Of a stretch of 64,000 bases of DNA, positions 21,926 through 34,524 are shown one piece after another (the stretch's first letter is position 1; every line of letters starts with the position of its first letter). The position numbers were made by a program, and so were the translations under genes. Origin of the DNA: Macrostomum lignano (taxonomy: Eukaryota); the NCBI GenBank assembly GCA_002269645.1, contig NIVC01003969.1, positions 1 to 64,000 of the forward strand. Reading direction: 5' to 3'. The notes under the pieces were generated by a model. That model worked only from the letters and a program-made list of their open reading frames with translations, did not search any database and was not told the DNA's origin.

Positions 21926-22896
21926 CGTCGGAATAAAAAGTTCCTAACCATCTTGCGGACTTATAGTAAATTTTAACGTATGTTTTTCAAGTGTCTGCAG
22001 CATATTTGCTTGTCATCTTGTTGAGTTTATTTTTGTTTCTTCGTTGCTATTGACGCAAGCTGAATGCACACATTATTGCTTGTGCGACTTTCTGCTTTTT
22101 GTATAATTCGAGTCATTTAAACAGTTTTCTAGTTGCAAAGTTGCTCCAAGAAAACCGTGTTAAACTGTTCTCTAAATATGTAATGGAAGTTTTCTGTAAT
22201 TGTTTTCTAATTGTTCATTTTTTACACTATATTAGAGGAAAAAGGTGTCGAATACCGTGACATGATGCCCCAAACGTGCACGATCTCGTGACAAGAATCG
22301 CTATAAAAACTCTCTAGTGGCTATAGGTTAAAAAGACTCTTGCGACTTTGTAACGACTCGAACGTGTCTATTGCAAGGCAGAGTCGTCCAATATTCATTG
22401 CGATGGCGCTTAACTTTTGGACACGCGTGGTACCTTGCTGGGGATTTACTAGTGGATTTACTGGTTTTAAATTTTGGTAGAATCGCTGCCACCAGGCTTC
22501 CTGCTTCCCTAATCCTATTAGTTTAGAGACAAAGGAAGAACTCAGGAAAACCAAATTATTTAACAAAAGTTTATATTTCAAAAAAATAGAATCCCGAATT
22601 CTAAGGAATCCCGAAAGCTAGCGATTTTCCCCCGCTCTAATTACTTTCCCAAACCTAAACTACTGACAGTAGGCAAAAAGCATATCTGCTTCGCTACTAA
22701 TTCCCCTTCCTAAAATACTACCCTACTACACTTTCTACTAATTAAGTAGGCTAGTTAGCGGGCAATTGGACATCAATAGGTCGCACTATTGCCAATGATA
22801 CTCATTCTAGCGTAGATCAAGTCAACTGTTACAGCTCTGGATTTTCTTTACTAACTTATTTCATCAATTTTCATGCAGGTTTGTGTCAGTTAGGAC

Positions 22897-23313
22897 ATGG
22901 AAGATCTCGGAGGCCGGTGTCACAAGTGCGGCTTCCACGGTCACTATTCGTTCCAGTGCAGAAACATTGTGAATGGAGCTGAGATGGCTCTGGACGTGAG
23001 CAGCACGTCATCTGAGGATGAACCCGGCTCGTCCTTACAGAAACGCGACCGATCCAGGTCTCCTGTCCGGCCTAAAGAAGCGGCAGAGAAGCAGAAAAAG
23101 AAGCGAAAGGCAAAGAAAAAAGACGACAATAAAAAGAAGTTAAAAAAGAAAAAAGAGAAGAACAGGAAACGGTCGAGAAAGTCTTCAACCTCTTCGACGT
23201 CCTCGTCAAGTTCCAGTTCGTCTTCAGACTCGTCAAGCGATGCAAAAAAGAAAAAGAAGAACAAGAAGAAAGACAAAAAGAAGAACAAGAAGAAGGATAA
23301 GAAAAAGAAGTAG
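22897..23313 (+). CDS. SREK1IP1: SREK1-interacting protein 1-like (CCHC knuckle plus Lys/Ser-rich tail)
   Basis: CHKCGFHGHYSFQCRN followed by LDVSSTSSED and a poly-Lys/Ser tail. Confidence 0.85.
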   Translation: MEDLGGRCHKCGFHGHYSFQCRNIVNGAEMALDVSSTSSEDEPGSSLQKRDRSRSPVRPKEAAEKQKKKRKAKKKDDNKKKLKKKKEKNRKRSRKSSTSSTSSSSSSSSSDSSSDAKKKKKNKKKDKKKNKKKDKKKK

Positions 23314-23704
23314 CTTAGCGATGTTACGACACATTTTAGGTCTTCTTAATCATATGGCTTAATATTTGACTCAAATTCGTAATTGTAAAATTTTTTGTCA
23401 ACTCAAGTGCTTAACACTTTTAAATATTTCTACTGGTATTGCTTTTGTCATGCTAAGTTTGTAAAACAGGCGTTCAAAGTTGAAAGTCTATAAAATAATA
23501 AAATAGGTTCGGTCATACACAACACGCAAATTTCTGACTTAAGAAACTCCAATAAAACGCAAGCATTTAGCACAAGCACACAAGCATCCAATTGTTAAAC
23601 GAACTGATTAACATCAGTGCGCTCTACCAGTCTGAGAAATAATAAAGCTCTAAACACCGAATTATACCAATATTTATGGGCGTTAGCTCGTTTCGGCCCC
23701 ATGC

Positions 23705-24326
23705 AACCCTGTTTCACCACCCGCTGAGACTGTCTATGGTAAAATCCCATTTACTCCAATGCATTCAGTTGGTTTCACCACCCGCTGAGACTGTCTATGG
23801 TAAAATACCATTTACTCCAATGCATTCAGTTGGTTTCACCACCCGCTGAGACTGTCTATGGTACAATCCCATTTACTCCAATGCATTCAGTCGGTTTCAC
23901 CACCCGCTGAGACTGTCTATGGTAAAATCCCGTTTACTCTAATGCATTCAGTCGGTTTCACCACCCGCTGAGACTGTCTATGGTAAAATCCCATTTACTC
24001 CAATGCATTCAGTTGGTTTCACCACCCGCTGAGACTGTCTATGGTAAAATCCCATTTACTCCAATGCATTCAGTCGGTTTCACCACCCGCTGAGACTGTC
24101 TATGGTAAAATCCCATTTACTCCAATGCATTCAGTTGGTTTCACCACCCGCTGAGACTGTCTATGGTAAAATCCCATTTACTCCAATGCATTCAGTTGGT
24201 TTCACCACCCGCTGAGACTGTCTATGGTACAATCCCATTTACTCCAATGCATTCAGTCGGTTTCACCACCCGCTGAGACTGTCTATGGTACAATCCCATT
24301 TACTCCAATGCATTCAGTTGGTTTCA
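23705..24326. repeat. 61-bp minisatellite, about 10 copies
   Basis: Units start at 23711, 23772 and onward. Confidence 0.95.
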
Positions 24327-24469
24327 CGGCCCGCTGAAAATGTCTATGGCAAAGTCAGAAGAAAGCGGGGTCAAGGGGTCGCTAAGCCCCCTTTCAAAGG
24401 TGTGGGGCTCCCAGCACACCAGTACTCTAGAGAAAGAATGAAATCTAAGAAATTGTCTGCGAACTTATC

Positions 24470-24560
24470 AGTGGGCTTGTGTGCCTGCTCAGGGGAGTCG
24501 GCGGAATGGGCAATAAATGTCTCTCGCTGGTTGTGTGACAATGTCGCTTATTGGATGGAA
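24470..24560 (+). mobile_element. SINE 3' fragment
   Basis: GCTTGTGTGCCTGCTCAGGGGAGTCGGCGGAATGGGC..GCTGGTTGTGTGACAATGTCGCTT. Confidence 0.7.
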
Positions 24561-25169
24561 AGAATAGGCATATCTAGGAAAGTCTATGTGTGTTAGCTTA
24601 GCTGCTTCTCGAGAATCTTTTTTATATTTGTTAAAAAGGTAAATAAATTTTTTCGTACGTAGTAGAAAAGTGAGTCTCGCGCAATTTTGTTTGATACTGA
24701 ATTCCAATGCTCTAAAATCTTCTTCCAGTCTGCGTAATTAATGCAAATTATCTATGACGGCAATTGCCTAAAGACAAGACGTTTCTATCAGTTCAATGTA
24801 TTTCTTTACAGACTGACTGACTTTTGGAGAAAAAAATGGCAAAGAAAAAATATGAACCTTGCATGCTTTGTTGCTATTTTATAGGCCTTTTTAAGCTGTA
24901 AATATTATATTATAAATATATAATACGACGATAAGTATGCATCATTTTATCGGTTTTTACAATTATATGAATGTTGGAAAATTCTCACAGGAATCTAATC
25001 AGAAAACCGTTGGTTTGCGCCTTTAAAGTTATTTTTTAACTAGCTACCGTTATCTATATTATTAGATCATATAATCTTAGGCAGGATTGGGAATGTGCAG
25101 TACACCAGTTATAGGAGCAAAACTATGAAAAAATTGGTTATATTTTAAAGGAATTATTGTTCCTCGTTC

Positions 25170-26835
25170 CCTCATGCTGTCTCTAGAATCTCCCTCATGC
25201 TGTCTCTAGAATCTCCCTCATGCTGTCTCTAGAATCTCTCCTATGCTGTCTCTAGAATCTCCCTCATGCTGTCTCTAGAATCTCCCTCATGCTGTCTCTA
25301 GAATCTCCCCTATGCTGTCTCTAGAATCTCCCTCATGCTGTCTCTAGAATCTCCCTCATGCTGTCTCTAGAATGTCCCCTATGCTGTCTCTAGAATCTCC
25401 CTCATGGCTGTCTCTAGAATCTCCCCTATGCTGTCTCTAGAATCTCCCTCATGCTGTCTCTAGAATCTCCCCTATGCTGTCTCTAGAATCTCCCTCATGG
25501 CTGTCTCTAGAATCTCCCCTATGCTGTCTCTAGAATCTCCCTCATGGCTGTCTCTAGAATCTCCCCTATGCTGTCTCTAGAATCTCCCCTATGCTGTCTC
25601 TAGAATCTCCCTCATGCTGTCTCTAGAATGTCCCCTATGCTGTCTCTAGAATCTCCCTCATGGCTGTCTCTAGAATCTCCCCTATGCTGTCTCTAGAATC
25701 TCCCTCATGCTGTCTCTAGAATCTCCCTCATGCTGTCTCTAGAATCTCCCCTATGCTGTCTCTAGAATCTCCCTCATGCTGTCTCTAGAATCTCCCCCAT
25801 GCTGTCTGTAGAATCTCCCTCATGCTGTCTCTAGAATCTCCCCTATGCTGTCTCTAGAATCTCCCCCATGCTGTCTGTAGAATCTCACTCATGCTGTCTC
25901 AAGAATATCCCTCATGCTGTCTCTAGAATCTCCCCCATGCTGTCTGTAGAATCTCCCTCATGCTGTCTCTAGAATCTCCCCTATGCTGTCTCTAGAATTT
26001 CCCCCATGCTGTCTGTAGAATCTCACTCATGCTGTCTCAAGAATATCCCTCATGCTGTCTCTAGAATCTCCCTCATGCTGTTTCTAGAATCTCCCCCATG
26101 CTGTCTGTAGAATCTCCCCCATGCTGTCTCAAGAATCTCCCTCATGCTGTCTCTAGAATCTCCCTCATGCTGTCTCTAGAATCTCCCCCATGCTGTCTCT
26201 AGAAGCTCCCTCATGCTGTCTGTAGAATCTCCCCTATGCTGTCTCTAGAATATCCCTCATGCTGTCTCTAGAATCTCCCCCATGCTGTCTGTAGAATCTC
26301 CCTCATGGCTGTCTCTAGAATCTCCCCTATGCTGTCTCTAGAATCTCCCTCATGCTGTCTCTAGAATCTCCCTCATGCTGTCTCTAGAATCTCCCCTATG
26401 CTGTCTCTAGAATCTCCCTCATGCTGTCTCTAGAATCTCCCCTATGCTGTCTCTAGAATCTCCCTCATGCTGTCTCTAGAATCTCCCTCATGCTGTCTCT
26501 AGAATCTCCCCCATGCTGTCTGTAGAATCTCACTCATGCTGTCTCAAGAATATCCCTCATGCTGTCTCTAGAATCTCCCCCATGCTGTCTGTAGAATATC
26601 CTTCATGCTGTCTCTAGAATCTCCCCTATGCTGTCTCTAGAATCTCCCTCATGCTGTCTCTAGAATCTCCCCCATGCTGTCTGTAGAATCTCACTCATGC
26701 TGTCTCAAGAATATCCCTCATGCTGTCTCTAGAATCTCCCTCATGCTGTTTCTAGAATCTCCCCCATGCTGTCTGTAGAATCTCCCCCATGCTGTCTCTA
26801 GAAGCTCCCTCATGCTGTCTGTAGAACCAACCTCA
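25170..26835. repeat. 23-bp minisatellite (CTCCCTCATGCTGTCTCTAGAAT)
   Basis: About 1.65 kb of tandem copies. Confidence 0.97.
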
Positions 26836-26866
26836 TGCTATATACGCTGTACACTGCTCAGGAGCA

Positions 26867-27400
26867 TTAGAGCCGGTAAACTTCTACAGTTCTCCAGTAA
26901 ACACCTGTCTTGCTGGCCTTCTCGTATCTCCGAACTGCTGGCCACACTGAAGTGACATTAAACAGCAGTTGATTTTTCCACCGGCCTTGTGCAGCAATCA
27001 GTCGCACGGAAGCAGATTGAATCAGGCCGTGATGTTGCAGTCCAACCGTGTACTCATTTGGTTGCAATCCGGCTCTGATTGCCGTAGCGTTGGGTTCGCC
27101 AGTTACATTGGAGACTATACTTGAGCAGGCTTCGCTTCGAGTAGTGTAGACAGCTCTTAGTTCTGGCCATCGACGGAGTTGCTGGCAGAGGCCGAGCATT
27201 ACGTCCGGGTTTCTCAGCGTAGATGAGAAATACTCCCACGGCAGCAGGTACACGCTTCGCTCCGGTTGGTACCTGTCTGCTCCTGGCTGCTTTCTCTGTT
27301 GTTGCTTTCTCTGCCACAGCAGGTGACATTCGGTTGGGAAGCTCCCGTCTAAGCTGAGATCTGCAATTGTTGGTAGAGCAGGCTTGGTAAACGCTAACAA
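26867..27400 (-). CDS. Probable terminal coding exon of an unknown protein (acceptor near 27360)
   Basis: Non-repetitive open frame (SVYLLPWEYFSSTL...). TTGCAG acceptor; candidate upstream GTAAGT donor near 27766-27771, not resolved in frame. Confidence 0.45.
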   Translation of the reverse strand: MLAFTKPALPTIADLSLDGSFPTECHLLWQRKQQQRKQPGADRYQPERSVYLLPWEYFSSTLRNPDVMLGLCQQLRRWPELRAVYTTRSEACSSIVSNVTGEPNATAIRAGLQPNEYTVGLQHHGLIQSASVRLIAAQGRWKNQLLFNVTSVWPAVRRYEKASKTGVYWRTVEVYRL

Positions 27401-27891
27401 TAATATTGTACTCGTATTTCACAGTGTGTGAGTTGGTATCCTTCGCATCTCCATAAGTGCAGATAATAAAGTGGATGTCGGCTTCAGGGCCGAGAATGGA
27501 GACCGTAGTGAAGCTCCGGAACTTAACTTGATCATTCATTGTTGACACGAGATCCAATTTTAATTATCCCCGCAATTGAAGCAAGTATCTCACGCCTTAA
27601 CAACGAAACCATTTTGCTTATTCCGTCTCGATTTAAAATCTTGAAGACAGGGCGTGCTACGTCTCTGCCTGGTTTAAACACTGTGCCTTGCGAGAGAATT
27701 GATCTAGATTAATGTTGCTTTAGCTACTGGGTCGGATGTTGCCATTTACTTCGTCAGGCTTTCAACTTACGAGGGTACTGGGACTAGATCTAGATAAATA
27801 CATATGCGAGTTATTTTTAATATCACCTTAATTTAGACAACCCTTGACAATTTCGTGGCAGAAGCTCGAAATTAATTAATGCAACCGTGCA

Positions 27892-30326
27892 CTAGAAATC
27901 GAACCACGAGGGCGACGGCGCTACAGTCAGGTTCGTTAAACGCTTTAATTGCTCTGCCAAGTCTCCTCTTCCTGTCTCTCTATTATTACCTTGTCCAATG
28001 GACTCCCTTCTCTGCATAACGTCGATGGCGTGTCGGAACCAGGCACTTCCCGGCGCAGCTCCCATAGCCGCCGGGCTCAGTTTGAACTGAGCATTCTCAA
28101 GGATGCGATGGTTCTCTGGTCGTTCCAACGCCAAGAAGATGACGGAGTTTGCAGCTTCCAGTGCGATGTCGAGTGGCTTCAGGCACTCCACTGTAGTGTC
28201 CAAGAAGACACCTGCGAGGTGTGATGGGAAGAGGCTGATTTGGGGATTCTGCCATGGATGTACAGCCATGACTACTATCTGCAAATTTGTCTGCTATCTA
28301 TCTGATACAGCTAAATTATAGCACGCATCTATCTGCCCCAATCCAACGCTAACTACTCCCACTCCAACCCCATCTAACTACCCCGCTCCAACCCCATCTA
28401 ACTACCCCACTCCAACCCCATCTAACTACCCCACTCCAACCCCATCTAACTACCCCACTCCAACCCCATCTAACTACCCCGCTCCAACCCTATCTAACTA
28501 CCCCGCTCCAACCCCATCTAACTACCCCACTCCAACCCCATCTAACTACCCCACTCCAACCCCATCTAACTAACCCACTCCAACCCCATCTAACTACCCC
28601 ACTCCAACTCCATCTAACTACCCCGCTCCAACTCCATCTAACTACCCCACTCCAACCCCATCTAACTACCCCACTCCAACCCCACCAGCCAGACTCACCC
28701 CCGAACCGATGCAGCACAGGATACTTGGCCATAGCCAGCCTCTCAGCCTGACTAACAGTGCCAGATGAGTAGAGTTTGAGCAGCTCCGGCCACTCTTTGA
28801 GCAGCAACAGGCGAACATCGGCCTCAGTCCAGAGGTGCACAGTCCATCCGGGATTCAGTGCGATGCAGCTGTTCATCAGCGGCGCCAACGCGGCCGGCAG
28901 CAGCTCAGACCTGCTGGCAAAGTGCAGCAATTTCGGGATAGTTGAGTCTGACTGGCCTAAGCCTGAGATGGCGAGGTAGAGCTGCTGTATGCCGCCGCTT
29001 TGCTCCATCGCGATGAGCAGCGCTGCGATCACTAGCACCTGAGTGAGCGGTTTAGAGTTCGTTAGCTGGGGTTTGGATGGCCTGTGATCACAGGGGTGAT
29101 TTCCTAGAATAGATAGCTGTGATCTCAGAGTGATTTTCTAGAATAGATACCCTGTGATCTCAGGGGTGATTTCCTAGAATAGGGACCCTGTGATCTCAGG
29201 TGTGATTTCCTAGAATAGATACCCTGTGATCTCAGGGGTGATTTCCTAGAATAGATACCCTGCGATCTCCAGGTGATTTCCTAAAATAGATACCCTGTCC
29301 CTAGAATAGCTACCCTGTGATCTCAGGTGATTTCCTAGAATAGGGACCCTGTGATCTCAGGTGTGATTTCTTAGAATAGGGACCCTGTGATCTCAGGTGT
29401 GATTTCCTAGAATAGATACCCTGCGATCTCAGGGTGATTTCCTAGAATAGATACGCTGCGATCTCAGGGTGATTTCCTAGAATAGATACCCTGTGATCTC
29501 AGGGTGATTTCCTAGAATAGATACCCTGTGATCTCAGAGTGATTTCCTAGAATAGATACCCTGCGATCTCAGGTGATTTCCTAGAATAGATACCCTGTGA
29601 TCTCAGAGTGATTTCCTAGAATAGAGACCCTGTGATCTCAGGGGTGAGTCAGGTGATTTCCTAGAATAAATACCCTGAGATCTTAGGGTGATTTCCTAGA
29701 ATAGATACCACGAAATCTCAGAGTGATTTCCTAGAGTAGATACCTGTGATCTCAGTGTGATTTCCTAGAGTAGATACCTGTGATCTCAGGTGATTTCTTA
29801 GAGTAGATACCTGTGATCTCAGGTGATTTCTTAGAGTAGATACCTGTGATCTCAGGTGATTTCCTAGAGTAGATACCTGTGATCTCAGGTGATTTCCTAG
29901 AGTAGATACCTGTTATCTCAGGTGATTTCCTAGAGTAGATACCTGTGATCTCAGGTGATTTCCTAGAGTAGGTACCTGTGATCTCAGGTGATTTCCTAGA
30001 GTAGGTACCTGTGATCTCAGGTGATTTCCTAGAGTAGGTACCTGTGATCTCAGGGTGATTTTCTAGAGTAGATACCTGTGATCTCAGGGTGATTTCCTAG
30101 AGTAGATACCTGTGATCTCAGATGATTTCCTAAAATAAACACCCTGTGATCTCAGATGATTTCCTAAAATAAACACCCTGTGATCTCAGATGCTTTCCTA
30201 AAATAAACACCCTGTGATCTCTGGTACTGAGCAAGCTCACACACGCATAAACACCTGTCTCACCATCAATAGCAAAGATAGCAGAAGTCTTTGTCCAATC
30301 CGTGTTTTTGAAAGGCAAAATTTCAT
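27892..30326 (-). CDS. GT32/OCH1-like glycosyltransferase-family type II membrane protein. Exons 30326-30264, 29038-28699, 28211-27892; alternative first exon 31475-31392
   Basis: IPKLLHF...[16 protein letters not shown]...ER...[10 protein letters not shown]|[14 protein letters not shown] matches the GT32 layout. Splice phases 0 and 1 are consistent. N-terminal TM anchor present. Confidence 0.8.
28335..28685. repeat. 24-bp minisatellite in the GT32 gene intron
   Basis: Tandem AACTACCCCACTCCAACCCCATCT. Confidence 0.95.
29080..30220. repeat. 31-35-bp minisatellite, array 1 (GTGATCTCAGGTGATTTCCTAGAATAGATACCCT)
   Basis: Tandem copies in the intron after exon 1a. Confidence 0.95.
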
Positions 30327-30704
30327 GCTGTATTGAATGACAAGAAAATGTTAGTCTTGCTTTAAAGGTCCAAATCGTAGCCATATAAAAGGGTCATCCA
30401 TGTATGAATAAAACCGTGTATAGGACTTTCCGTGCATAAGCACTGCAGCTTACGTTTTTACCATAGACAACTAAGGGATCTGCAGTAACCAATCGGTGCG
30501 AACGATGGCTTCGCGGGACAAAGTTGCATCCCCAAATTTAAGGCAGACGAGCAATCCATGGTTTTATTCATCCATGGGGTCATCCGAAAAGTTTCAGCAA
30601 TCGGATGATTTTGTGCCATAGACAACTCGTGTGATTAGGAGCAGTCGCAAACTTCTGTTCTCTAGAGAAAATTTTGTGAGATCACAGAGATAGCTCGTAT
30701 ATAC

Positions 30705-31335
30705 CCTGTGATCTCAGGTGATTTCCTAGAATAGATGCCTGTGATCTCAGGTGATTTCCTAGAATAAATACCCTGAGATCTCAGGTGATTTCCTAGAATA
30801 GATACCCTGTGATCTCAGTGTGATTTCCTAGAATAGATGCCTGTGATCTCAGGGTGATTTCCTAGAATAGATACCCTGTGATCTCAGTGTGATTTCCTAG
30901 AATAGATGCCTGTGATCTCAGGGTGATTTCCTAGAATAGATACCCTGTGATCTCAGTGTGATTTCCTAGAATAGATACCCTGTGATCTCAGTGTGATTTC
31001 CTAGAATAGATGCCTGTGATCTCAGGGTGATTTCCTAGAATAGATACCCTGTGATCTCAGGTGATTTCCTAGAATAAATACCCTGAGATCTTTAGGGGGA
31101 TTTCCTAGAATAGATACCCTGAGATCTCAAGGTGATTTCCTAGAATAGATACCCTGAGATCTCAGGGTGATTTCCTAGAATAGATACCTGTTATCTCAAG
31201 GTGATTTCCTAGAATAGATGCCCTGAGATCTCAGGTGATTTCCTAGATTAGATACCATGTGATCTCAGGGGTGATTTCCTAGAATAGATACCTGTTATCT
31301 CAGGTGATTTCCTAGATTAGATACCTGTTATCTCA
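30705..31335. repeat. Same minisatellite, array 2
   Basis: Tandem copies after exon 1b. Confidence 0.95.
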
Positions 31336-31849
31336 GCTATGACAAGTAAACATGCTTACACGCACACGCACAATAACCGAGCCTTTCTCACCGTCAAAAA
31401 CAAAGACAACAGACGTCTTTGTCCAATCCTTGTTTTTGTAAGGCAAAAATTGCAAAACTTAAAAAAGTTTTTCATGCTTTTGTGGATGGCAACAAAACTG
31501 TGTTAAAGTCTTGCATTGGGCTTGGCTCTGTAGCCATATATTGCAATATATATCATATTGCTAAGCGACAGAGAATTTCTACCCAGGTTATAACCGGTGC
31601 AGGTGAGGTTCATTATGTACTGTACAGGCTCTGGAATTGCGCAGTTCGGCGCACTGACGAATGAAATATCTGGGGTGGCTGGTAGCTATAAATATTTAGT
31701 TGCCAATCATTCTCTTCTTATACTGGTAACTTGGCAACTTGGCTCAAGCATTATTTTCAATTCTAATTAGTGCCGGGCTTCACCTGCTGTTTCAAGTCAC
31801 TAGCGTATGCTAAAACCGAGTTTGCATATTTGTGGTATTAAAGCACATG

Positions 31850-33800
31850 AGTCTGAAATCCCGATTTGAGTCTGAATCTCAAATCCCAATTTGAGTCTGA
31901 ATCACAATTTGAGTCTAAATCCCTATTTGTAGGGCCTCAAATCCTAATTTGAGTCTGAATCCCAATTTGTAGGGCCTCAAATCCCAATTTGAGTATCAAA
32001 TCCCAATTTGAGTATCAAATCCCAATTTGAGTTTGAATCCCTATTTGGGTGGAGAATCCCAATTTGAGTATCAAATCCCAATTTGAGTATCAAATCCCAA
32101 TTTGAGTATCAAATCCCAATTTGAGTATCAAATCCCAATTTGAGTATCAAATCCCAATTTGAGTTTGAATCCCTATTTGGGTGGAGAATCCCAATTTGAG
32201 TATCAAATCCCAATTTGAGTATCAAATCCCAATTTGAGTATCAAATCCCAATTTGGGTATCAAATCCCAATTTGAGCACCTATCAAATCCCAATTTGAGT
32301 ATCAAATCCCCATTTGAGTATCAAATCCCAATTTTAGTATCAAATCCCAATTTGGGTATCAAATCCCAATTTGAGCACCTATCAAATCCCAATTTGAGTA
32401 TCAAATCCCAATTTGAGTATCAAATCCCAATTTGAGTATCAAATCCCAATTTGAGTTTGAATCCCTATTTGGGTGGAGAATCCCAATTTGAGTATCAAAT
32501 CCCAATTTGGGTATCAAATCCCAATTTGAGCACCTATCAAATCCCAATTTGAGTATCGAATCCCAATTTGAGTATCAAATCCCAATCTGAGTATCGAATC
32601 CCAATTTGAGTATCGAATCCCAATTTGAGTATCAAATCTCAATTTGAGTTTGAATCCCTATTTGAGTATCAAATCCCAATTTGAGTATCAAATCCCAATT
32701 TGTAGGGCCTCAAATCCCAATTTGAGTATCAAATCCCAATTTGAGTATCAAATCCCAATTTGAGTTTGAATCCCTATTTGGGTGGAGAATCCCAATTTGA
32801 GTATCAAATCCCAATTTGAGTATCAAATCCCAATTTGAGTATCAAATCCCAATTTGAGTATCAAATCCCAATTTGAGTATCAAATCCCAATTTGAGTATC
32901 AAATCCCAATTTGAGTATCAAATCCCAATTTGAGTATCAAATCCCAATTTGAGTATCAAATCCCAATTTGAGTATCAAATCCCAATTTGAGTATCAAATC
33001 CCAATTTGAGTATCAAATCCCAATTTGAGTATCAAATCCCAATTTGAGTATCAAATCCCAATTTGAGCACCTATCAAATCCCAATTTGAGTATCGAATCC
33101 CAATTTGAGTATCAAATCCCAATCTGAGTATCAAATCCCAATTTGAGTATCAAATCTCAATTTGAGTTTGAATCCCTATTTGAGTATCAAATCCCAATTT
33201 GAGTATCAAATCCCAATTTGTAGGGCCTCAAATCCCAATTTGAGTATCAAATCCCAATTTGGGTATCAAATCCCAATTTGAGCACCTATCAAATCCCAAT
33301 TTGAGTATCGAATCCCAATTTGAGTATCAAATCCCAATTTGTAGGGCCTCAAATCCCAATTTGAGTATCGAATCCCAATTTGAGTATCAAATCCCAATTT
33401 GTAGGGCCTCAAATCCCAATTTGAGTATCAAATCCCAATTTGAGTATCAAATCCCAATTTGAGTATCAAATCCCAATTTGAGTCTGAATCCCAATTTGAG
33501 TATCGAATCCCAATTTGAGTATCGAATCCCAATTTGAGTATCAAATCCCAATTTGAGTTTGAATCCCTATTTGGGTGGAGAATCCCAATTTGAGTATCAA
33601 ATCCCAATTTGAGTTTGAATGCCTATTTGGGTGGAGAATCCCAATTTGAGTATCGAATCCCAATTCGAGTATCAAATCCCAATTTGAGTATCAAATCCCA
33701 ATTTGAGTATCAAAACCCAATTTGAGTATCAAATCCCAATTTGAGTCTGAATCACAATTTGAGTCTGAATCCCAATTTGAGTCTGAATCCCAATTTGGGT
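31850..33800. repeat. 19-bp satellite (AAATCCCAATTTGAGTATC) with higher-order variants
   Basis: About 1.95-kb tandem array. Confidence 0.97.
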
Positions 33801-34524
33801 GAAAAATCTCAATTTAAGTATCGAATCCTTAAGACCAAACCCAAGCTTCTGAACTCTATAGCCTTTCTCAACCTTCTCTTCCTTCGCCTGACTCATCCAA
33901 CTCTGTGAATGTTCAACATCAATCCTGCTGGATAAACGCGCAGAAACCTCCTCACCAACGAGCCGGTCGCAATGAAGGCAGTCAGCTGCCGCCGTCTCCA
34001 GCTGCCCCGAGGAACAACGAATTTGGCGCTCATATTGATAAAATTTTTTTGCACAGCATGTAGTCTGAGTCTCTGCTCTACCCATAGTTGGTTTTGAGCT
34101 CCCGCGGAGCGGATTAAAAAGAATCAGGGTCCTCCTGGTGTTGCCTGCCTGGGGTTGTTGCAAATTCTTCAAGTGGGAAGCATTAACTATAATCCTTTCC
34201 TGTCTTACCTCTCCTTGGGGGGTAGGGGGGGGGGTTGCATTTTATTACTTCCTCTCTGTTGAAAATAACAATGTTCAGATTTTTGCTGAGCTGTTCTGCG
34301 GCTCTGCAGGGCAGCATCTGCTCCCTATAGGTACCTCAGCTACAGTCACGCATGCAGACTGCAAATTCTCCTTTTCTACTGTTGAGACAGAAAAAACGAT
34401 TTTTGCAAGTATTTTAACGTAAATTTTACATGAAATATTACTTTTTGCTATTCAAAAGGATCGCAAATAAAAAGTTCTTGGCCTGTCACGTGGCAAAATG
34501 TATTATCGATTAACATTCTAAATC

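Noticed and set aside
33729-34422. ORFs between the two satellites
   Set aside because: No recognisable motifs, and they partly run into the repeat.
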